Source: a virus (taxonomy: Duplodnaviria; Heunggongvirae; Uroviricota; Caudoviricetes). From it: DNA of 44,960 nt. Position numbers and translations under genes: made by a program. Location of the stretch: IMG/VR virus record IMGVR_UViG_2529292828_000011. One strand, given 5' to 3'. Shown here in pieces: positions 38,561 through 44,960 of this stretch (position 1 is its first letter; each line of letters opens with the position of its first letter). The notes under the pieces are model-generated. The model made no database searches and had not been told where the DNA came from. It saw only the letters and a list, made by a program, of their open reading frames with translations.

Positions 38561-38968
38561 ATGAACGAGAAAACTTTAGGTCAACGCATTAGAGAAAGAC
38601 GTAAGCAGGTAGGCTTAAGTCAAAACGGTTTAAGCAAAGCTGCTGGCGTATCTGGCTCATCAATTTCATTATGGGAAAGTGACCATACAGCCCCGCGCGG
38701 GCAAAATTTGCATCGCCTCGCCGAGGTATTGCAATGTTCACCAACCTGGATACTGTTTGGCGACGAGGACAAAACACCAGCTCCCCCTGTTTCACTCGAT
38801 AGTGCCTTAGACTTATCGGAAGATGAGTTAGAGATGCTGCGTTTGTATCGCGCACTTCCTAAATCAGAGCAACAAGCACAACTCAGCGAACTCCGCGCCC
38901 GCGTTGAGAATTTTAATCGCCTGTTCACCGAGCTATTAGAGGCTCGCAAACGCAACAAGCATCAATAA
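38561..38968 (+). CDS. dicA: DicA-like HTH (XRE-family) repressor
   Basis: 135 aa, MNEKTLGQRIRERRK.. with ..LAEVLQCSPTWILFGDEDK.. matching E. coli DicA. Confidence 0.85.
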   Translation: MNEKTLGQRIRERRKQVGLSQNGLSKAAGVSGSSISLWESDHTAPRGQNLHRLAEVLQCSPTWILFGDEDKTPAPPVSLDSALDLSEDELEMLRLYRALPKSEQQAQLSELRARVENFNRLFTELLEARKRNKHQ

Positions 38969-39160
38969 TCATCCCTTCACAAAATTTTAAAGCCTTACAT
39001 TTCAATGTATTGGCTTTATCTTGCGCCAATACTTGAGTTTTCTCATCAAAAAACCTTGACGAAAAATAATGAGAAAACTAAATTACCTCCATCAAGACAC
39101 CGCACGGTGTTCTCAGCAAACAGTTCCGCTACCCCGGCGTTAAGGGGAAATGAGGTCAGC

Positions 39161-39316
39161 ATGGATACTATCGATCTTGGCAACAGCGAATCTCTGGTAT
39201 GTGGCGTGTTCCCCAACCAGGACGGCACGTTCACCGCGATGACGTATACCAAAAGCAAAACGTTTAAAACCGAAAATGGTGCCCGTCGCTGGCTGGAAAG
39301 AAACTCAGGTGAGTGA
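39161..39316 (+). CDS. ydfA: YdfA-like small protein
   Basis: 51 aa, MDTIDLGNSESLVCGVFPNQDGTFTAMTYTKSKTFKTENGARRWLERNSGE. Confidence 0.8.
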   Translation: MDTIDLGNSESLVCGVFPNQDGTFTAMTYTKSKTFKTENGARRWLERNSGE

Positions 39317-39317
39317 T

Positions 39318-39893
39318 ATGGATTTCGACACAATCATGGAAAAGGCTTACGAAGAATACTTCGAAGGCCTTGCCGAAGGCGAAGAAGCTCTCAGCTTCAG
39401 TGAGTTTAAACAGGCACTCAGAATAAGAATGTGCTCTCACAATGACGCGGAGCACAAATATGAGAAGCAAAATCAGACCGCAGAAAATTTTGTTCTGGAA
39501 CCCGGAGAAACGCTTTTCAAAATTCCCGTTACGTGCCCCATTTGCGGTTTTACATCAGAAGAACTTGACGACTCCTGTAACAATCAGGAAACAACCAAGT
39601 ATGTCGAAGATGATACCGAGTGCGCACGAAGAACGATTATATCCACGAGTCCAAACTCCAGGACCAATAAATCTCACTTTGAGAGGGTGATTAATCCACT
39701 CCCCCAAACCAATAAAAAAGATGCCGGAGGACAAAAAACCCAATGGAACAACGGGATATCTGTCAAAAAAAGACGTTCCATTAAAGACAAACAACGCAGC
39801 GCCAACAACTGTAAGCGCTTTATACCAGTAATCAATTTTCATGTTCTTAAGCGGATTTATTGGTGGTTGCGACATTGCTTAATGAATCCTTAA
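39318..39893 (+). CDS. YdfB/YdfC-like protein (single ORF spanning both regions)
   Basis: ATG immediately after the ydfA stop; N-terminus MDFDTIMEKAYEEYFEG..; a Cys motif ..TCPICGFTSEELDD..; extent of true coding region uncertain. Confidence 0.4.
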   Translation: MDFDTIMEKAYEEYFEGLAEGEEALSFSEFKQALRIRMCSHNDAEHKYEKQNQTAENFVLEPGETLFKIPVTCPICGFTSEELDDSCNNQETTKYVEDDTECARRTIISTSPNSRTNKSHFERVINPLPQTNKKDAGGQKTQWNNGISVKKRRSIKDKQRSANNCKRFIPVINFHVLKRIYWWLRHCLMNP

Positions 39894-40152
39894 AACTGTG
39901 GTGATTTTAAGGATACCACCTCGCCTGACGTGGTTAAAAGCAGGCACACAACACGAAAGCGCACGGCGAAGTTCGTCTCACTGTACGGTGTCGTTAAATT
40001 TAATTCGACCGTGCGCTTCTGGTTGTGGCAACCCGCAAAATGGCGCGGCGGTAAGTATGGCGGGGGTATTCCTTCCCCGTTGAGGACACCGAGTTGTCAG
40101 GTTGACCATACGCTTAAGTGACAACCCCGCTGCAACGCCCTCTGTTATCAAT

Positions 40153-40210
40153 TTTCTGGTGACGTTTGGCGGTATCAGTTTTACTCCGTGACTGCTCTGC
40201 CGCCGTTTTT
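40153..40210 (+). ncRNA. dicF: DicF small RNA
   Basis: tttctggtgacgtttggcggtatcagttttactccgtgactgctctgccgcc followed by gttttt matches E. coli DicF as I recall it; upstream of dicB. Confidence 0.85.
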
Positions 40211-40379
40211 AAAGTGAATTTTGTGATGCTGTGAATGCGGCTAAGCGCACGCGGAACAGTTAAAACCAAAAACAGTGTTATGGGTGGATTCTCTGTATCC
40301 GACGTTAATTGTTAACTGGTTAACGTCACCTGGAGGCACCAGGCACTGCATCACAAAATTCATTGTTGAGGACGCGATA

Positions 40380-40568
40380 ATGAAAATGTTATTACCAAAC
40401 GTTAATACGTCTGAAGGTTGTTTTGAAATTGGTGTCACGATCAGTAACCCTGTATTTACTGAAGATGCCATTAACAAGAGAAAACAAGAACGGGAGCTAT
40501 TAAATAAAATATGCATTGTTTCAATGCTGGCTCGTTTACGTCTGATGCCAAAAGGATGTGCACAATGA
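40380..40568 (+). CDS. dicB: cell division inhibitor DicB
   Basis: 62 aa, MKMLLPNVNTSEGCFEIGVTISNPVFTEDAINKRKQERELLNKICIVSMLARLRLMPKGCAQ. Confidence 0.9.
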   Translation: MKMLLPNVNTSEGCFEIGVTISNPVFTEDAINKRKQERELLNKICIVSMLARLRLMPKGCAQ

Positions 40569-40756
40569 ATTCAGCATTTGCGCTTGTTCTGACAGTTTTT
40601 CTTGTTTCCGGAGTGCCAGTTGATATTGCAGTCAGTGTTCACAGGACAATGCAGGAGTGTATGACTGCAGCAACCGAACAGAAAATTCCCGGTAACTGTT
40701 ACCCGGTCGATAAAGTTATTCACCAGGATAATATCGAAATCCCGGCAGGTCTTTAA
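40565..40756 (+). CDS. ydfD: YdfD-like small membrane lysis protein
   Basis: 63 aa, MNSAFALVLTVFLVSGVPVDIAVSV..; start overlaps the dicB stop (ATGA). Confidence 0.85.
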   Translation: MNSAFALVLTVFLVSGVPVDIAVSVHRTMQECMTAATEQKIPGNCYPVDKVIHQDNIEIPAGL

Positions 40757-40849
40757 AACAGTTCCGTAATAAATATCCGGTTTCATTCTTATATGCCAGC
40801 AATGGCAGGGATTTGTTCATCCTTAAATCTGTCATGAGGTTAAAACAAA

Positions 40850-43321
40850 ATGAGTAAAGTCTTTATTTGCGCCGCTATTCCTGACGAACTGGCAACAAGG
40901 GAAGAAGGCGCTGTGGCTGTAGCCACAGCCATTGAAGCTGGCGACGAACGCCGTGCTCGAGCAAAATTTCACTGGCAATTCCTGGAACATTATCCGGCTG
41001 CTCAGGACTGCGCTTATAAATTTATTGTCTGCGAGGATAAACCTGGCATACCCCGCCCTGCCCTCGATTCATGGGATGCTGAATATATGCAGGAAAACCG
41101 CTGGGATGAGGAGTCTGCTTCTTTTGTCCCGGTTGAGACTGAATCCGATCCGATGAACGTCACTTTTGACAAGCTGGCCCCTGAAGTACAGAACGCTGTC
41201 ATGGTTAAGTTCGACACATGTGAAAACATCACCGTTGATATGGTTATAAGCGCACAGGAATTGTTGCAGGAAGACATGGCAACATTCGAAGGACATATCG
41301 TTGAAGCGTTGATGAAAATGCCAGAAGTTAACGCCATGTATCCGGAGCTTAAGTTGCACGCCATTGGGTGGGTTAAGCATAAATGTATTCCTAGTGCTAA
41401 ATGGCCCGAAATTCAGGCAGAGATGCGCATCTGGAAAAAACGTCGCGAAGGTGAACGCAAGGAAACCGGAAAATACACGTCTGTTGTTGATCTCGCCCGC
41501 GCCAGAGCCAATCAACAGTACACTGAAAATTCAACAGGAAAAATCAGCCCGGTCATTGCTGCCTTTCATCGCGAATACAAGCAGACATGGAAAACACTGG
41601 ATGACGAACTGGCCTACGCTCTCTGGCCTGGTGATGTGGATGCCGGAAACATTGACGGCAGCATCCATCGCTGGGCAAAAAAAGAAGTTATCGACAACGA
41701 CCGCGAAGACTGGAAGCGTATCTCGGCATCAATGCGCAAACAGCCAGATGCCCTTCGCTACGACCGCCAAACTATTTTTGGCCTTGTCCGTGAGCGTCCG
41801 ATCGACATTCACAAAGATCCCGTAGCACTGAACAAATATATCTGCGAATACCTGACGACAAAGGGCGTGTTTGAGAATGAAGAAACAGACCTGGGCACTG
41901 TTGATGTTCTCCAGTCATCAGAAACACAAACTGATGCAGTGGAAACTGAGGTATCTGATATCCCAAAAAATGAAACCGCGCCGGAAGCTGAACCATCTGT
42001 AGAGCGTGAGGGGCCGTTCTATTTCCTCTTCGCAGATAAGGACGGAGAAAAATACGGTCGCGCAAACAAACTTTCTGGTCTGGATAAGGCACTGGCTGCT
42101 GGCGCCACTGAAATCACAAAAGAAGAATATTTTGCCCGAAAAAATGGCACATACACGGGCTTACCGCAAAATGTAGATACCGCTGAAGATTTAGAACAAC
42201 CAGAGCCGATAAAAGTTACCGCTGACGAAGTAAACAAAATTATGCAGGCAGCCAATATCAGCCAGCCTGACGCCGATAAGTTGCTTGCTGCATCACGTGG
42301 TGAATTTGTTGAAGGGATTAGTGACCCGAATGATCCGAAATGGGTTAAGGGGATCCAGACCCGCGATTCTGTGAACCAGAACCAGCATGAATCGGAACGG
42401 AACTACCAAAAAGCGGAACAAAACAGTCCAAATGCGTTACAAAACGAGCCAGAAACGAAACAGCCTGAACCAGTGGCGCAACAGGAAGTGGAAAAAGTCT
42501 GCACCGCCTGCGGTCAGACCGGCAGCGGCAACTGCCCTGATTGTGGCGCGGTGATGGGCGACGCAACATACCAGGAAACATTCGATGAAGAGTATCAGGT
42601 TGAAGTTCAGGAAGATGATCCGGAGGAAATGGAAGGCGCTGAACATCCACACAAGGAGAACACTGGCGGCAATCAGCATCACAATAGCGATAATGAAACT
42701 GGCGAGACGGCAGATCACCCAATTAAGGTGAACGGTCATCACGAAATCACATCCACCAGCAGGACGTGTGACCATCTAATGATCGACCTTGAAACCATGG
42801 GAAAAAATCCTGATGCCCCGATCATCTCAATAGGTGCAATATTTTTCGATCCGCAAACCGGAGATATGGGACCGGAATTTAGTAAGACTATCGATCTGGA
42901 AACTGCTGGCGGAGTCATTGATCGGGACACCATTAAATGGTGGCTTAAGCAATCACGCGAAGCGCAATCTGCCATTATGACCGATGAAATCCCGTTAGAT
43001 GATGCACTGTTACAATTGCGGGAATTTATCGACGAAAACTCCGGTGAATTTTTTGTTCAGGTTTGGGGAAATGGAGCCAACTTCGACAACACGATTTTGC
43101 GCCGTTCATACGAACGGCAGGGGATCCCCTGCCCGTGGCGTTACTACAACGATCGCGATGTACGCACAATCGTTGAGCTGGGGAAAGCCATAGACTTCGA
43201 TGCCAGAACGGCTATTCCATTCGAAGGTGAGCGCCATAATGCACTTGATGACGCCCGTTACCAGGCAAAATACGTTTCAGTTATCTGGCAAAAACTGATC
43301 CCGAGTCAGGCTGATTCTTAA
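40850..43321 (+). CDS. prophage exonuclease, intact YdfE-like protein with C-terminal DEDDh-type 3'-5' exonuclease domain
   Basis: 823 aa; acidic low-complexity centre; C-terminal ..MIDLETMG..NGANFDNTIL..RHNALDDARY.. fits a DnaQ-like exonuclease fold; lambda exo/bet position. Confidence 0.65.
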   Translation: MSKVFICAAIPDELATREEGAVAVATAIEAGDERRARAKFHWQFLEHYPAAQDCAYKFIVCEDKPGIPRPALDSWDAEYMQENRWDEESASFVPVETESDPMNVTFDKLAPEVQNAVMVKFDTCENITVDMVISAQELLQEDMATFEGHIVEALMKMPEVNAMYPELKLHAIGWVKHKCIPSAKWPEIQAEMRIWKKRREGERKETGKYTSVVDLARARANQQYTENSTGKISPVIAAFHREYKQTWKTLDDELAYALWPGDVDAGNIDGSIHRWAKKEVIDNDREDWKRISASMRKQPDALRYDRQTIFGLVRERPIDIHKDPVALNKYICEYLTTKGVFENEETDLGTVDVLQSSETQTDAVETEVSDIPKNETAPEAEPSVEREGPFYFLFADKDGEKYGRANKLSGLDKALAAGATEITKEEYFARKNGTYTGLPQNVDTAEDLEQPEPIKVTADEVNKIMQAANISQPDADKLLAASRGEFVEGISDPNDPKWVKGIQTRDSVNQNQHESERNYQKAEQNSPNALQNEPETKQPEPVAQQEVEKVCTACGQTGSGNCPDCGAVMGDATYQETFDEEYQVEVQEDDPEEMEGAEHPHKENTGGNQHHNSDNETGETADHPIKVNGHHEITSTSRTCDHLMIDLETMGKNPDAPIISIGAIFFDPQTGDMGPEFSKTIDLETAGGVIDRDTIKWWLKQSREAQSAIMTDEIPLDDALLQLREFIDENSGEFFVQVWGNGANFDNTILRRSYERQGIPCPWRYYNDRDVRTIVELGKAIDFDARTAIPFEGERHNALDDARYQAKYVSVIWQKLIPSQADS

Positions 43322-43393
43322 TGTTCAACTGTCGCCGGTTGTGACTGGTATTCTGCAACCGGCGCTCGTCTGATGTAAGAGATAAAGAAATCG

Positions 43394-43645
43394 ATGAGCG
43401 AAGTAATCATGATTGTCTCTCCCGGCAAATGGGTATCCGAAGAGCAGTTAATTGCGCTGAAAGGAATAAAAAAAGGTACGTTAAAAAAGGCCCGGGAAAA
43501 ATCGTTTATGGAAGGAAGGGAATATAAGCATGTCGCTCATGACGGTATGCCATGGGATAACAGTCCATGCTTTTACAACCTGGAAGAAATTGATCGCTGG
43601 ATTGAGCGCCAGGCATCAGCGAGACCAAGACGTCATCTTACTTGA
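43394..43645 (+). CDS. xis: excisionase-like protein
   Basis: 83-aa ORF immediately upstream of int; small basic protein typical of lambdoid Xis. Confidence 0.6.
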   Translation: MSEVIMIVSPGKWVSEEQLIALKGIKKGTLKKAREKSFMEGREYKHVAHDGMPWDNSPCFYNLEEIDRWIERQASARPRRHLT

Positions 43646-43679
43646 CTAAAAGCCACACTAACTAATGAGAGAAGTTGAA

Positions 43680-44960
43680 ATGAAATATCCGACAGGCGTG
43701 GAAAACCATGGAGGGAAATTACGTATCTGGTTTGTTTATAAAGGCGTAAGAGTCAGGGAAAATCTGGGGGTTCCTGACACAGCAAAAAACAGGCGCGTTG
43801 CAGGTGAACTACGCTCCTCTGTTTGTTACGCAATAAAAACTGGTGTTTTCGACTATGCAAAACAGTTTCCCTCCTCACGCAATCTGGAAAAATTTGGTGA
43901 GGCCCGACAAGATTTAACCATAAAAGAACTGGCTGAAAAATTTCTGGCACTGAAAGAAACTGAAGTCGCCAAAACATCACTCAACACATACCGTGCCGTC
44001 ATCAAAAATATCCTGAGCATAATCGGTGAAAAAAATCTTGCCTCATCGATTAATAAAGAAAAATTACTGGAGGTTCGTAAAGAGCTACTGACTGGATACC
44101 AGATCCCCAAAAGTAACTATATTGTTACACAACCAGGGAGATCGGCTGTAACTGTAAATAATTACATGACAAATCTTAACGCCGTGTTCCAGTTTGGTGT
44201 TGATAACGGTTACCTGGCAGATAATCCGTTTAAGGGGATCTCGCCATTAAAGGAATCAAGAACCATTCCGGATCCTCTTTCGCGGGAGGAATTTATCCGT
44301 CTTATCGATGCGTGCAGAAATCAGCAAGCAAAAAATTTATGGTGTGTTTCTGTTTATACTGGCGTTCGCCCTGGTGAGCTGTGTGCACTTGGATGGGAGG
44401 ACATAGATCTGAAAAATGGAACAATGATGATCAGGAGAAATTTAGCAAAAGACCGTTTCACGGTACCAAAAACACAGGCGGGAACCAATCGGGTCATTCA
44501 TCTTATTAAGCCAGCAATCGACGCTCTCCGGAGTCAGATGACATTAACGAGACTGAGTAAAGAGCATATCATTGATGTTCACCTCAGAGAGTATGGCAGA
44601 ACAGAAAAACAAAAATGCACCTTTGTTTTTCAACCTGAAGTGTCAGCGAGAGTAAAAAATTATGGTGACCATTTTACCGTTGACTCAATAAGGCAGATGT
44701 GGGACGCAGCGATAAAACGTGCCGGACTCCGCCATCGAAAATCATATCAGTCGAGACATACTTATGCCTGCTGGTCGCTGACAGCTGGTGCTAACCCGGC
44801 ATTTATAGCAAACCAGATGGGCCATGCAGATGCGCAAATGGTATTTCAGGTATACGGAAAATGGATGTCTGAAAACAATAATGCACAGGTAGCTTTGTTA
44901 AATACACAGTTAAGCGAGTTTGCCCCAACCATGCCCCATAACGAAGCAATGAAAAATTAA
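43680..44960 (+). CDS. int: tyrosine recombinase, phage integrase
   Basis: 426 aa from MKYPTGVENHGG..; N-terminal arm-binding domain; C-terminal catalytic region with ..RHTYACW.. and conserved Tyr; stop at the window edge. Confidence 0.85.
   Translation: MKYPTGVENHGGKLRIWFVYKGVRVRENLGVPDTAKNRRVAGELRSSVCYAIKTGVFDYAKQFPSSRNLEKFGEARQDLTIKELAEKFLALKETEVAKTSLNTYRAVIKNILSIIGEKNLASSINKEKLLEVRKELLTGYQIPKSNYIVTQPGRSAVTVNNYMTNLNAVFQFGVDNGYLADNPFKGISPLKESRTIPDPLSREEFIRLIDACRNQQAKNLWCVSVYTGVRPGELCALGWEDIDLKNGTMMIRRNLAKDRFTVPKTQAGTNRVIHLIKPAIDALRSQMTLTRLSKEHIIDVHLREYGRTEKQKCTFVFQPEVSARVKNYGDHFTVDSIRQMWDAAIKRAGLRHRKSYQSRHTYACWSLTAGANPAFIANQMGHADAQMVFQVYGKWMSENNNAQVALLNTQLSEFAPTMPHNEAMKN

Noticed and set aside
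39555-39875. 106-aa minus-strand ORF with hydrophobic segments, antisense to the ydfB/ydfC-like ORF
   Set aside because: Sits on the strand opposite the dicA-ydfA-dicF-dicB operon; kept as a possibility but not called because the operon orientation and ydfA coupling favour the plus strand.

Overview
The window is almost entirely one lambda-like prophage of the Qin/DicA-DicC immunity type (E. coli-like), with late genes on the minus strand. Calls rest on reading the translated ORFs and DNA by eye against remembered protein families; no searches were run. Order from left to right: an MFS-transporter gene fragment (host junction), then tfa-stf-lom, tail genes J-I-K-L-M-H-T/G-V-U-Z, head genes FII-FI-E-D-C-B-W, terminase A/Nu1 and a cos-like site, a lysis cassette (GH108 endolysin plus membrane proteins), a tRNA-Thr/tRNA-Gly pair, an ORF6N protein, Q antiterminator, RusA, a DUF968 protein, a hok toxin gene, an AT-rich accessory island (about 31.9-36.3 kb), a replication initiator with internal iterons, the dicC/dicA switch, ydfA-dicF-dicB-ydfD, a large exonuclease, xis and int at the right edge. 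The accessory island is the most interesting part: (i) an orphan 449-aa protein with an HEPN-like Rx4H motif flanked by imperfect direct repeats, (ii) a ColE1-type plasmid origin (RNA I/RNA II-like) that appears split by (iii) a 1.46-kb insertion carrying a two-gene operon (basic 156-aa protein plus 3-TM 235-aa membrane protein). I propose (i) and (iii) as candidate undescribed defence or toxin systems; this is inference from composition, context and motifs only. The tail genes J and I are split across reading frames, so the prophage may be tail-defective or the assembly may carry indel errors. No CRISPR array or rRNA was seen.
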